Assembly: GCA_965223545.1 (NCBI GenBank)
Contig: OZ245006.1
Span: 3,328,001 to 3,392,000, forward strand
Reading direction: 5' to 3'
From: Planctomycetota bacterium
GTDB taxonomy: Bacteria; Planctomycetota; UBA1135; UBA2386
Length of the DNA: 64,000 bases
A model generated the notes under the pieces. That model saw only the letters and a program-made list of their open reading frames with translations, was not told where the DNA came from and made no database searches. A program made the translations under genes and the position numbers. Below are positions 9,726-19,496 of this stretch, one piece after another. Each line of letters starts with the position of its first letter. The first letter of the stretch is position 1.

Positions 9726-12700
9726 TGCAGCGAAGTCACGCGATTCGATCCGTTCTGCACCTCGGCGCCTTGGCAGCGAGCGTGGTCACGAATGACGGGA
9801 CCGCCGCGCAAGCCCCGCAGCTCTTGCTCGACATCAACACAAGCCAGGTCCCCGACCGTGGCTCCCAGCCCCGACACGCGGCCCGGCTGGGGAGCTGGAT
9901 CTACTACATCGCCGCCATCCCGAGGACGGGCCGAGAGCTGTTTCGCACCGATGGCCAAGTCATCGAGCTCGTCGTCGATCTCAATCCGGGCACCCGGGGC
10001 ACGACCGTCACCGAGACCGAGTCGACGGGGTCGGCTCTGTTCCTGGTCGTCAGCGACCGCACCTACGGCAAGGAGCTGTGGGTCTCCGACGGTACTGCCG
10101 CCGGCACGCGCATCGTCAAGGACATCGTCGAGGGTGGCGTAGGCTCGAATCCGAGCCAGCTCACGGCATCGGCGGGGAAGGTGTACTTCACGGCGGCGGA
10201 CGGAGCCGGCGAGGAGCTGTGGGTGAGTGACGGCACCGAGGCCGGCACCGTGCGCCTGGCCGATCTCGAGCCGGGGATGGCATCGTCGACACCGCGCGAC
10301 CTCACGCCGTTTCGCGGCGGCATCGCGTTCCGCGCGACCACGACCAACGACGGCGCTGAGCCGTACTTCTCGGACGGGACGGCGGCTGGCACGGTGCGCT
10401 TGCTCGACGTGTGGCCCGGCCCCATCGACTCCGATCCGCGCGACTTCTCGGTCCTCGGCAACCAGCTGTTCTTCACCGCGGCCAACCCGTTCGTCGGCCG
10501 CGAGATCTGGAGCTCGGACGGGACGCCTGCCGGTACCACCCTGTTTCTGGATCTGTGGCCGGGCACTGCCTGGAGCGCCCCCAACCCCGCCGCGGGGACT
10601 CCGCGCGCCATGGCTGTGTCCGGGCCCCAGCTGTTCTTCGCGGCGCGAGATCCGGCGAGCGGGCTCGAGTTGTGGGTTTCCGACGGCACGCCGGCCGGTA
10701 CACGGCTTGCCGGGGACGCGTGGCCAGGCCCCACGAGCGGCTACAAGGGCGGCATCGCTCCGATGCACGACGGCCGCGTGCTGTTCGCCGCCGACGATGG
10801 AAGCACCGGCACCGAGCCTTGGGTGTCGGATGGAACCCCGGTGGGCACTTTCTTGCTCGGCGACACCGCCGCGAACGGCAACGCCCGGATCGGTCAGCTG
10901 ATGGGTGCCCCGGGACGAGTGTTCTTCACCAACACGACCGCCACCAGTGGAAGCGAGCCGTGGACGTCCGACGGCACGGTCGCCGGCACCCGGTTGCTGC
11001 GCGACATCAACCCGGGCGTTCGCAGCTCGCTGCTCTTCTTCCAGCTCGTCGACCCCACCAGTGGCGCGCTGATCTTCTCGGCCGACGACCCCCGAGTCGG
11101 CGACGAGCTGTGGAAAAGCGATGGCTCACCATCCGGCACCTCCGTCCTGGCCAATACCCGGGCCGCGCCCGCCGGCCTGACGGCGCCGTCCCACCCGACC
11201 AGCTTCGTCCGCCTCTTCGACTGCACGCTTTTCACTGCTGACTCGGGCAGCGGCGTCCACGAGCTGTGGCGGACGGACGGCACTACCGGTGGCACCGCGC
11301 GATTGAAGTCGATCGCCGTCGCAAGCACGAGCACGGCACCCCTGACCGTAGCCGGAACCAACGCCTACTTCCTCGGCAACGATCCGGCAACAGGAACCGA
11401 GCTGTGGGCCAGTGACGGCACCGCCCAGGGCACGCGGCTCGTGCGCGACATCAACCCCGGACCTACCCTCACGATCTTGGCCGAACTCACCGCGATCGGA
11501 GACCGTCTGTTCTTCCTGGCCGACGACGGAGTCCACGGCGGCGAGCTGTGGATGTCCGATGGGACCACTGCCGGCACGGTCCTCGTGAAAGACATCTTGA
11601 GCGGACCGGCGAGCTCCTCTCCGCTCGGGTTGGTCGCTCTGAACGGCGCCGTCCTCTTCTCCGCGACCGGCGGCCCCGAAACCGGCAACGAGCTGTGGAT
11701 CAGCGATGGAACCGCCGCGGGCACACGGCTGGTGACAGACGTGCGCCCCGGCTTCTTCTCGTCCCGTCCGCGGGATCTCACCACCGCGGGTGGAGCCGTC
11801 TTCTTTCGAGCGAACGACGGCATCAGCGGCGAAGAGCTGTGGGTCACTGATGGTACCGCGGCGGGAACACGCCTGGTCACCGACATTGTGCCCGGCTTCT
11901 CCTCCTCGTCACCGCAACACCTCGTGGCCGTCGGGGGCGCCGTGTTCTTCAACGCATGGGAGTCCAGCACCGGCCTAGAGCTTTGGACCTCGGACGGCAC
12001 CGCCGCGGGTACGCGGCTGGTTGCGGACCTCGAACCCGGGGCCGGCAGCTCCAACCCAACCGAGCTCACTCGGCTGGGAGGTCGCATCGTCTTCTCGGCA
12101 AAAACGACCGCCGCCGGCGACGAGCTGTGGGCCTCGGACGGGACCGCTGCCGGCACGACGCTGATCGATCTCGTCAGCGGAGCTCCCAGCTCGGCACCCA
12201 GCGATTTCGTCGCCGCCGGGACTCGCTTCGCGTACTTCGCCGCGACGAAGGGCTACGGCCGAGACTTGTGGCGCACCGACGGAACGGCGGTGGGCACCAC
12301 GAGCCTGACCACGGGCGGCCGCGAACGCACCGAGCCGTCGCGGCTCGGCCAGGCGGGTGGGCAGCTGCTGTTCTCCGCCCTGCATCGCGTCTCGGGCCGT
12401 GAACCGTTCGTTGCACAGCTCGGCGCCACTTCGCAACCGGTCGGCTTCGCCTGCGGCGCCGAGGCACGCCCGGCGCTCACGAGCACCGACCCGGTGCTCG
12501 GCGGAGTCGTCCAACTCCGCGCCGAACAGGCCCCTCCGGCCACCGTCGGTTTCGTGATCGCCGGCCGCTTGCAGCCACCTGCCCTGCTGTCCACGCAACC
12601 CGGCAACCGCTGCGCGCTGTTCGTCGCTGCCCCGACGATCCTGACGACCGCGCCGGTTGCACCCGGCACGACTTCGTGGCAAGCCGCCGTGCCCATCCCC

Positions 12701-12814
12701 AACGCCATTGCTCTCGTCGGAATCGAGGTCGCCGCGCAGAGCATCTTTGCACCGACTGCGGCCCCGCTCGGCGCGGATCTCTCGAACGGCGTCGCCCTTC
12801 ACCTCGGCCGTTGA
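9725..12814 (+). CDS. Secreted ELWxxDGT-repeat protein, paralogue 3
   Basis: Likely start is ATG 9725, overlapping the upstream TGA (TGATG): MQRSHAIRSVLHLGALAASVV...AAQAPQLLLDIN. The ORF-track start at 8888 is spurious. Confidence 0.9.
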   Translation: MQRSHAIRSVLHLGALAASVVTNDGTAAQAPQLLLDINTSQVPDRGSQPRHAARLGSWIYYIAAIPRTGRELFRTDGQVIELVVDLNPGTRGTTVTETESTGSALFLVVSDRTYGKELWVSDGTAAGTRIVKDIVEGGVGSNPSQLTASAGKVYFTAADGAGEELWVSDGTEAGTVRLADLEPGMASSTPRDLTPFRGGIAFRATTTNDGAEPYFSDGTAAGTVRLLDVWPGPIDSDPRDFSVLGNQLFFTAANPFVGREIWSSDGTPAGTTLFLDLWPGTAWSAPNPAAGTPRAMAVSGPQLFFAARDPASGLELWVSDGTPAGTRLAGDAWPGPTSGYKGGIAPMHDGRVLFAADDGSTGTEPWVSDGTPVGTFLLGDTAANGNARIGQLMGAPGRVFFTNTTATSGSEPWTSDGTVAGTRLLRDINPGVRSSLLFFQLVDPTSGALIFSADDPRVGDELWKSDGSPSGTSVLANTRAAPAGLTAPSHPTSFVRLFDCTLFTADSGSGVHELWRTDGTTGGTARLKSIAVASTSTAPLTVAGTNAYFLGNDPATGTELWASDGTAQGTRLVRDINPGPTLTILAELTAIGDRLFFLADDGVHGGELWMSDGTTAGTVLVKDILSGPASSSPLGLVALNGAVLFSATGGPETGNELWISDGTAAGTRLVTDVRPGFFSSRPRDLTTAGGAVFFRANDGISGEELWVTDGTAAGTRLVTDIVPGFSSSSPQHLVAVGGAVFFNAWESSTGLELWTSDGTAAGTRLVADLEPGAGSSNPTELTRLGGRIVFSAKTTAAGDELWASDGTAAGTTLIDLVSGAPSSAPSDFVAAGTRFAYFAATKGYGRDLWRTDGTAVGTTSLTTGGRERTEPSRLGQAGGQLLFSALHRVSGREPFVAQLGATSQPVGFACGAEARPALTSTDPVLGGVVQLRAEQAPPATVGFVIAGRLQPPALLSTQPGNRCALFVAAPTILTTAPVAPGTTSWQAAVPIPNAIALVGIEVAAQSIFAPTAAPLGADLSNGVALHLGR

Positions 12815-12893
12815 CTCGAGAGGGATCGTGTCCCGCCGGGATTCTCGAGTTCGCGTGTGGCGAGCTGTTCGGGTCCGTCGACGACCCGGACAG

Positions 12894-15800
12894 CTACCGC
12901 GCCAGCCGCAGATGGAGCACAGTCGTGCTCGGCGTGACCGGTGCAGCCGCGTGCTCATCTGCCCCGCCGCGCAGACGGACCTCGACCGCTGCCTCGGGCA
13001 ACAGAACGGTTTCCTCTTCGTCGGCAGACGCCGGGGCCGAGACCGTGTCGCGCAACAGCTCGACCCCATCGGCGTCGACGGCGGTCAACAACAGCATGCC
13101 GCGTGGGCTGCCGTCGGGAGTCGCGATGTGCACGGTGCAGCGCCGCGCATCGCGCAGCGCGACCACACACTCGGCATGACCGTTGCTCTGCACGTCGAAC
13201 GTCGCGACGCCTGCCGCCGGGCGGGCGCCACCGACCCGTGCGCATGCGGTGTAGCGCCCCGGCGGTAGCTCGTCCCAGACCAGCGGTTCGTCGGCGAAGC
13301 GACGGCTGTCGACCAGGTCTGTCTCGACGAACAAGTTGAGCACACCCCGGCTGGCGCGCTCGCCGGCGCCGGTCACGCGCAGCGTGGCGCTGCCGGGCGG
13401 GGTCACCACGAGCTCGCCCACGTCGACGGTCTCGTGTGCCCGCATCTCGTGGACGCCGAGGTCGGCGAGGCTCCGCATCGAGCCCGAGCGGGTCACCGAG
13501 ATCCGCACACGGCATGGCTTCCACGGGCCGAGCTCGAAGGAGCCGTCCGCGGCCGGGGCCGTCAGCAGCCCCGGCGTGCCGTCCAGGGGTCGGATCATCA
13601 AGGCGAGGTCGCCAGCGGGGCGGCGGTCCTCGTACACAACGCGGCCGCGCAACCGTGCCGTCGGGGCCATGTCGGGTCGCGCCCGCAGCTCGATGTCGGA
13701 CTCCGGCGCCACGTCAGCCCTACGGATCTCGATATTTCCCCCCGAGGCGGCGCGGATCTGCGCCGTCACCTGATAGCGACCAGCTGCGTCGAGCGGCCCC
13801 AACGCAAAGCGACCATCCTCCCCCGCGGTCGTCGTCGCAGACGCGATGCTCGCGGCGGCGGCGTAGCACGTGACGTAGGCGCCGGCCGCCGGCTTTCCAT
13901 TCTCGGTCCAGACAATGCCGGTGATTGCGGGGCGGCGCGAGAGGGTCGGGTTCCACTCGGTGGTCTCACCACCGTTCAGCGTCAGGGTGGCCTTGGCGAT
14001 GCCGAGGGTCTCGTGCCAAGCGACGACCTCGACCTGACCGATCGGTAGGTGCTCCAACGAGAAGCCTCCGTCCGTGCGAGTAGAACACCGCGCACCCGCG
14101 AGCTTGGCGGTGTCGCCGTGGTAGACGAGCGCCCCTTCGACCGCGGCGCCGCGATCGTCGCGAACCACGCCGGTGACCGTCGCGGCGGCCGACAGCACCA
14201 CGTCGAGGCGAGCCTCGCCCGCGGGCGGGATCTCGACCTTGCCACGCCACGGCGCGTGGTGCGGCGCGCGGATCTGCACATCCTGCGAGCCGGTCGGCAA
14301 CGGGGACAGCGTCGCGAGGCCGTCGGCACCGGTGACTCGGCGCAGCGCCGGAGGCGTCGCGACGTCCATCGAATCGACGAAATGCGGCACCTCCTCCCCG
14401 ACGACGACCAGCGCGCCCTCGAGGGGCCTCCCCGCGGCGCCCATGACTCGCACCATCGCCGCACCGCCGGCCGCTGCCAGCCGCACCACGACCTCGACGG
14501 GATCCGGTCCGGGATTGGGGCCGAAGCGGGGGTAGACGGTTCCCGAGGGACCGTAGCCCTGGCGGAACGCGGCGACGCACTGCGACGGCGCCATGCGCGT
14601 CGCGAACCGACCATCTGCGTCGGCGCGCAGGGTCACCGCGCCGTACTGACCATGTCCCCGGAGGTGACCGCGCGCCGTGCGTCCATAGCGCACCTCGGAC
14701 GAGATCCAAACCGCGGCATCGGCGACCGGCGCGCCGTGTGGTCCAACCACGCGCCCGTTGACCGCATACCCGCGCAACGCGAGCTCCACCTCCGCCGCGC
14801 GGCCCGCGTCGATGCGCGCGGCTTCGTGCTCGCCAGTGCCGGCGTGCACGATCACCGCACCCGGCGCCAGCTCGTCGAACGCACAGCGGCCGGCGGCGTC
14901 GGTCTGCGCGCGCAACGGGGCGAGCTCCTGCTGCCCGTTGTCGGGGTAGACGACGTCGATGATCTGGTGCGCGGCGGGCTGGCCGTCGCTCGCCCAGTGC
15001 GCGACCACGGTGAGCGTGCCCGCATCTGCGCCTTCATCCGTCGGTGCGCGCCGCGCGAGCTCCGCCCGCGTCGCCATCGCGCTCGGTCCCTGCGCGGCGG
15101 ATTCGCCGGTCATCGTCGCCGCTGGTGGATCGGCGACCGGCGGCGCCGGCGGCACTCCCAGCGGAGTCCCGCCACTGAACCAAAGGCCCAACGCCACCAA
15201 CGCGGCGCCGAGGCCACTGCAAACTGCGAGTTTGGACTTCATCGCACTGGCTCCGATCAGGGTCATCGCGGTTCCGCCGAGCGCCACCGGTGCGCCGGCC
15301 CCGGCGATCTCGGCGCCGCGCCGCAGCACCGCCGCGCGCGCGGTGCGCAAGCCGGCCTGTGGCAGCGGCACCGCGACGGCGGCGGCGACGAAGCCGCGCG
15401 GCAACTGGCGCCGCAGCAGCTCCAGACCGCGCACGATCTGGGTGCGCACGGTGCCGGCCGGGCGCATCAATGCGCTGCCGATCTCCGCCGCGGTGAGGCC
15501 GTGCTCCAGGTGCAGCTCGACGACCGGCCGGTAGACCGCGGGCAGCGCCGCCACCGCGCGGCCGAACGCCTCGCGAAACTCGGCGTGCTCGGCGGCGCGG
15601 CGCGGATCGCCGGTATCGGCCGGAGCCGGCGCCGCCGCGGCGCGCGCCGCCCGCCGGCGTTCGTTGCGCGCGAGGTTGGCGACGATCCCGCACAGCCACG
15701 GCAGCACACGCCGCTCGGCGGCAAACTGCGCACGCCGCTCCATGGCGACGAGGAACGCGCTCTGCACCAAATCGCGCGCGCGGTCGGGGTCGCCGACGAG

Positions 15801-15926
15801 GTGGGTCGCAATGCGCAGCAGCTCCGGAGCCGTCGCGTCGAACACCGCCCCGAGCGCCCGTACGTCACCGCGCTCGACGAATCGCACGAAGTCGCGGTCG
15901 GCTCGGGACAGGCGCATGGCGTCCAT
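12894..15926 (-). CDS. ECF RNA polymerase sigma factor with long C-terminal extension (TM segment plus carboxypeptidase-regulatory-like beta-sandwich repeats)
   Basis: Sigma2-like VFDATAPELLRIATHL...ARDLVQSAF...PWLCGIVANLARN and sigma4-like LPAVYRPVVEL...EIGSALMRPAGTVRTQIVRG. TM segment LAVCSGLGAALVALGLWF, then repeated G(R/V)V...GxPVxxAxV...(T)DADGRF units. Start is ATG 15926 or 15917. Confidence 0.85.
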   Translation of the reverse strand: MDAMRLSRADRDFVRFVERGDVRALGAVFDATAPELLRIATHLVGDPDRARDLVQSAFLVAMERRAQFAAERRVLPWLCGIVANLARNERRRAARAAAAPAPADTGDPRRAAEHAEFREAFGRAVAALPAVYRPVVELHLEHGLTAAEIGSALMRPAGTVRTQIVRGLELLRRQLPRGFVAAAVAVPLPQAGLRTARAAVLRRGAEIAGAGAPVALGGTAMTLIGASAMKSKLAVCSGLGAALVALGLWFSGGTPLGVPPAPPVADPPAATMTGESAAQGPSAMATRAELARRAPTDEGADAGTLTVVAHWASDGQPAAHQIIDVVYPDNGQQELAPLRAQTDAAGRCAFDELAPGAVIVHAGTGEHEAARIDAGRAAEVELALRGYAVNGRVVGPHGAPVADAAVWISSEVRYGRTARGHLRGHGQYGAVTLRADADGRFATRMAPSQCVAAFRQGYGPSGTVYPRFGPNPGPDPVEVVVRLAAAGGAAMVRVMGAAGRPLEGALVVVGEEVPHFVDSMDVATPPALRRVTGADGLATLSPLPTGSQDVQIRAPHHAPWRGKVEIPPAGEARLDVVLSAAATVTGVVRDDRGAAVEGALVYHGDTAKLAGARCSTRTDGGFSLEHLPIGQVEVVAWHETLGIAKATLTLNGGETTEWNPTLSRRPAITGIVWTENGKPAAGAYVTCYAAAASIASATTTAGEDGRFALGPLDAAGRYQVTAQIRAASGGNIEIRRADVAPESDIELRARPDMAPTARLRGRVVYEDRRPAGDLALMIRPLDGTPGLLTAPAADGSFELGPWKPCRVRISVTRSGSMRSLADLGVHEMRAHETVDVGELVVTPPGSATLRVTGAGERASRGVLNLFVETDLVDSRRFADEPLVWDELPPGRYTACARVGGARPAAGVATFDVQSNGHAECVVALRDARRCTVHIATPDGSPRGMLLLTAVDADGVELLRDTVSAPASADEEETVLLPEAAVEVRLRGGADEHAAAPVTPSTTVLHLRLAR

Positions 15927-16081
15927 CCTTGTCGGTGGCGCGCCGCGTGCGACATCAAATCCTCACGGCCCATGGTCCAGCGGCCTCCCGACTGGACGCC
16001 GTGTGGCGCTTGTGTTGAGATGGGGCGGGAGAGAGCCGCGAGCCTGGGCGTCGACAAAGACCCCCGACAGAGAGGCAGAAC

Positions 16082-18115
16082 ATGAACAGCGCATTCTCGA
16101 GAGCGCGATCGGCAATCCTCACCGCGGCGGTGACCCCGCTGATTTCGGTTTCCGCGCAGCCCACGAGTTGGGTCTTGCGCGACGACGCCCCCGGGCCCGG
16201 CGCGCGCGCCTACGACTCCGCGCGCGCACGCGTGGTCGCTCTCCAGGGCGGTGTGTTGTGGGAGTGGGACGGCGAGTTCTGGGCCCGCCGCTCGGTCGCG
16301 CCAGGCCGCTTCGGCTTGGCGGCGCCGGCGCTCGCCTACCACGCCGGCTCGGCAGTCACGCTGATGGTCGGCGACGACGTTCGCAGCTGGGACGGACTCG
16401 CCTGGCAGGTGTACGGCACGCCGGGCCCCGGTGCGCGCGACGAGGCCGCGATGGTCTACGACGCCTCGCGGGATCGCGTCGTGTTGTTCGGCGGTACCAG
16501 CGGCGACGCGCGGACATGGACTTGGGACGGCACGCGCTGGACCGCGCACGCGGACGGCCAGGCACCGAGCCCGCGCCGCGGCCACGCCATGGCCTACGAC
16601 AGCGCACGCGATCGCGTGGTGCTCGCCGGCGGCTTCGACTACGCCGGCAACCTCTTGTCCGACACCTGGGAGTGGGACGGCGGCCAATGGAGGCAGCGCG
16701 CGGTCACCGGCCTCGCGCCGTTGGCGCACGCGGCGATCGCCTACGACCCGGTGCGGCGGCGGACGGTGCTGCGCGACCCGAACGTCGGGACGTGGGAGTG
16801 GGACGGCACCGGCTGGGCCCAGCTCGGCACGCTCGGACCACACCCTGGGTCGCGCTCGGGCAACGCGGCGGTGTGGTTTCCGCCGCGGCAGTCGGTCGTC
16901 TTGCTGCGCGCGGACGAGGCGTGGCACTGGGATGGCGTGCAGTGGCAGCAGCCGGACCCGACCGCGCGCCCGCTCGGCTTGAGCTACGGCTTCTACGACG
17001 CCGACCGGCAGCAGGTGGTGGCACCCGTCCTGCGCGAGACTTGGCTGTGGGACGGCGCACGTTGGCGGCGCCAGGGCCCATCGCCCGTGGCGCCCCTCAA
17101 CCCCGGGATCGCCTACGACCCCCTGCGCCGGCAGGGGCTGGCGTTCGGCGGCGACAACGGGGGGCAGCCGACGGCGGACACGTTCGCCTGGGACGGGACG
17201 CAGTGGACGCTGCTGAGCCCGGCGCAGTCACCGCCGGCGACTCGGTTCGCGGCCCTGGCTTGGGACTCGGTCCGCGGCCAAGTGATCGCTCTCGTGCCAG
17301 AACCAGGACAGACCGTCGGCCGACAACAGTGGCGGTTCGACGGGTCGACCTGGAGCCAGGATCTGGGGGCGATGCCCCCGCCGCACGTGTTCCAAAGGGA
17401 GCTGATCAGCGACACCGTGCGCGGCCGCATCGTGCACACGGGGTTCGACGGCACCTGGGAATGGGACGGCACCACCTGGCAGCAGATCGACGCCACTGCG
17501 CAGTCGGTCTCTGCGCAGATCGCCTTCGACGCCGTGCGCGGCCGCACGCTGGCCATGCAGCGCGGGGGCGTCCACGAGTGGGATGGCGCGGTCTGGACGC
17601 CACCGTCGGGCGGCAGCTTCACGCCGTTCATCGACAACCTGTTCGTCTTCGATGCGGCACTGCAGCACGCAATCGGCTACGACGACTTCAGCGACCGGAC
17701 CTGGGCCTACGGCGCTCTTTCGCCGGCCGCGGTGTCGACCTATGGCGCGCCGTGCGCCGGCAGCGCGCGGCCCACGCGGATCGCGGCTTGGGGCCTGCCC
17801 TCGCTCGGCAGTGATGCGTTCGCCCTCGACGTGCTCGCGTCGGGTGGACCGCAGCCCGCCGCCCTCTTCCTCGCCCTCGCCGCCGGCCAGCGTGCACTCC
17901 CCAACGGCTGCAGTCTGCTCCTCGACCCGGCCCGCTTGCTCTTGCACGTGCCGGCGACGACCAACGCGGCCGGGTTCTGGACCACGCGCATCGAGATCCC
18001 GCCCGCCCCGATCCTGGCGGGCTTTCAGGTGTTCGGTCAGGCGGCGGTGCTCGACCCGAGCTTTGCCGGGGGACTGCAGACGACGCCGGGGGTGGACGTC
18101 CGCATCGGGCACTGA
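16082..18115 (+). CDS. Secreted Kelch-like/TWEWDG-repeat beta-propeller protein with shared C-terminal domain
   Basis: Signal peptide ending SVSAQ. Repeats of MAYDxxRxRVVLFGG...DTWEWDGxxW. C-terminal YGAPC...PSLG...C.LLLDP...LAGFQVFGQ...DVRIGH. GAGAGG upstream. Confidence 0.85.
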   Translation: MNSAFSRARSAILTAAVTPLISVSAQPTSWVLRDDAPGPGARAYDSARARVVALQGGVLWEWDGEFWARRSVAPGRFGLAAPALAYHAGSAVTLMVGDDVRSWDGLAWQVYGTPGPGARDEAAMVYDASRDRVVLFGGTSGDARTWTWDGTRWTAHADGQAPSPRRGHAMAYDSARDRVVLAGGFDYAGNLLSDTWEWDGGQWRQRAVTGLAPLAHAAIAYDPVRRRTVLRDPNVGTWEWDGTGWAQLGTLGPHPGSRSGNAAVWFPPRQSVVLLRADEAWHWDGVQWQQPDPTARPLGLSYGFYDADRQQVVAPVLRETWLWDGARWRRQGPSPVAPLNPGIAYDPLRRQGLAFGGDNGGQPTADTFAWDGTQWTLLSPAQSPPATRFAALAWDSVRGQVIALVPEPGQTVGRQQWRFDGSTWSQDLGAMPPPHVFQRELISDTVRGRIVHTGFDGTWEWDGTTWQQIDATAQSVSAQIAFDAVRGRTLAMQRGGVHEWDGAVWTPPSGGSFTPFIDNLFVFDAALQHAIGYDDFSDRTWAYGALSPAAVSTYGAPCAGSARPTRIAAWGLPSLGSDAFALDVLASGGPQPAALFLALAAGQRALPNGCSLLLDPARLLLHVPATTNAAGFWTTRIEIPPAPILAGFQVFGQAAVLDPSFAGGLQTTPGVDVRIGH

Positions 18116-18133
18116 CTGGACCCCGACGCTCCG

Positions 18134-19366
18134 TCAGAGCGTCCGTCCCGGCGGCAGCAGCGCCCCCGCAACCAGCAGCCCGCCGACCAGCGCAGTGGCA
18201 ACGATCGCGACCTCGAACACCGCTTGCGCCCCCGCCACCGCGTCGCGGGCCAAGAACAGATCCAAGGCGCGGTAGCCGACCGAGCCGGGGACCAGCATCA
18301 AGATCCCCGGCAGCAACGGTACCGACGCCGGCCGGTCGCGCCACCGCGCGAAGCCGTGCGCGACGAGGCCGACGCCGAGCGCACCAGCGAACGCGGCGAG
18401 CTCGACGCCCTGCGCCGCGGCGCCGAGCCTCGCCGCGACGACGCCGGCGGCGGTCGCCAGCATCACCCATGGCACCTCGCGCCAACGGGCTTGGAACAAT
18501 ACGGCGAAGGCGAGCGGGGAGAGCGCGTACGCGACCCACGCACACCACTCGGGCAGCGGCACGGCCGCAGCGACCGACGCCGGGGCACCCAATGCGGTGG
18601 CCGCCCCGCGGCCGAGCGCGACGCCGAGGCCGATCATCAAGAAGACGATGCCGGCATCGGCGAGGCGCGCGGCACCCGAGACCAGGTGCCGCGTCGCCAG
18701 GTCGATCAGGCTGAGCGTCAGCGCCAGGCCGGGCAACAGCACGATGAGAGCGGCGAGGGTGACCAGGTCGTGCGACATGGGGCCGGCCACCGCCGACCAC
18801 GCCGCCGCGGCGCCGGCGGCGGCGGCGGCGGTGACCAGCTCGGTCAGCACCGACGCCTCACGGCGGCGGGACAGCAACGGCACCAGGGCGGCCGTCAGGA
18901 GGCCGATGCCGGCCGCCGCCTGCAGCTCGGGGAGACCACCCCCGAACAAGACGGCCGCACCGGCGGAGACCACCGCGAACGCCAACGCCTGCAGCCAGGC
19001 CGGGTGCCGCCGCCGCCCCGCGGCGATGCGCTCGAGGTGCAGCGACGCGGCATCCAGGCCGATGTGCCCATCCTCGAGCTGCTCGAGCAGCTCGTCGACT
19101 TCGACCACCGCGCCCAGATCGGCTTCACCCGGCGCGACGCGGAGTAGACGCACTCGCTGCGCTTGGCCACCGAACGCGACGAACAGCGACGTCGGCGTGA
19201 CCAGCACCTGGGCTTCGAGGTCGAGGAACGTCGCGACGCGGGCGAGCAGGGCTTCGAGCCGGTGGGCCGGCGTGCCGAAGCGGTGCAGCAGCTGGGCCAC
19301 GCGCACCAAGAACGCTTCGCCGGGCGACGGCGCGAGCTGGGCAGAGAAGGCGAGTGAGGCAGTCAT
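18134..19366 (-). CDS. thrE: Threonine/serine exporter, ThrE family
   Basis: LLHRFGTPAHRLE, VTPTSLF, IVLLPGLALT...DLA...LVSGAARL and LPGILMLVPGSVGY; many TM helices; divergent from an Lrp regulator. Confidence 0.85.
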   Translation of the reverse strand: MTASLAFSAQLAPSPGEAFLVRVAQLLHRFGTPAHRLEALLARVATFLDLEAQVLVTPTSLFVAFGGQAQRVRLLRVAPGEADLGAVVEVDELLEQLEDGHIGLDAASLHLERIAAGRRRHPAWLQALAFAVVSAGAAVLFGGGLPELQAAAGIGLLTAALVPLLSRRREASVLTELVTAAAAAGAAAAWSAVAGPMSHDLVTLAALIVLLPGLALTLSLIDLATRHLVSGAARLADAGIVFLMIGLGVALGRGAATALGAPASVAAAVPLPEWCAWVAYALSPLAFAVLFQARWREVPWVMLATAAGVVAARLGAAAQGVELAAFAGALGVGLVAHGFARWRDRPASVPLLPGILMLVPGSVGYRALDLFLARDAVAGAQAVFEVAIVATALVGGLLVAGALLPPGRTL

Positions 19367-19430
19367 CCGAACTATCGGTCGTCAAATTGGAGCAATCTCT
19401 TGTGTATGTTCTGCCTGCTGGAGATTCCTC

Positions 19431-19484
19431 CGAATAGTATTCGTTCAACACTCCCCAGCAGCTGCCTGCGCCGAACACGATTCT
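19431..19484. promoter_or_regulatory. Putative Lrp/AsnC-type binding sites between thrE and lrp
   Basis: Palindrome CGAATAGTATTCG at 19431-19443 and a related CGAACACGATTCT at 19472-19484, in an AT-richer divergent intergenic region. Resembles GAA-N7-TTC Lrp-type sites (inference). Confidence 0.4.
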
Positions 19485-19496
19485 GCCTCCGCCACC

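Noticed and set aside
3512..12814. Regularly spaced DNA repeats (gagctgtgg...gacggcacc) resembling a CRISPR or tandem array
   Set aside because: They are degenerate at third codon positions and are the coding ELWxxDGT protein repeats. There are no identical repeats with unique spacers and no cas genes.
12814..12850. Inverted repeat ACTCGAGA...TCTCGAGT between convergent genes as a mobile-element end
   Set aside because: It is a single short repeat with no transposase or target duplication, and is more simply a terminator-like structure.
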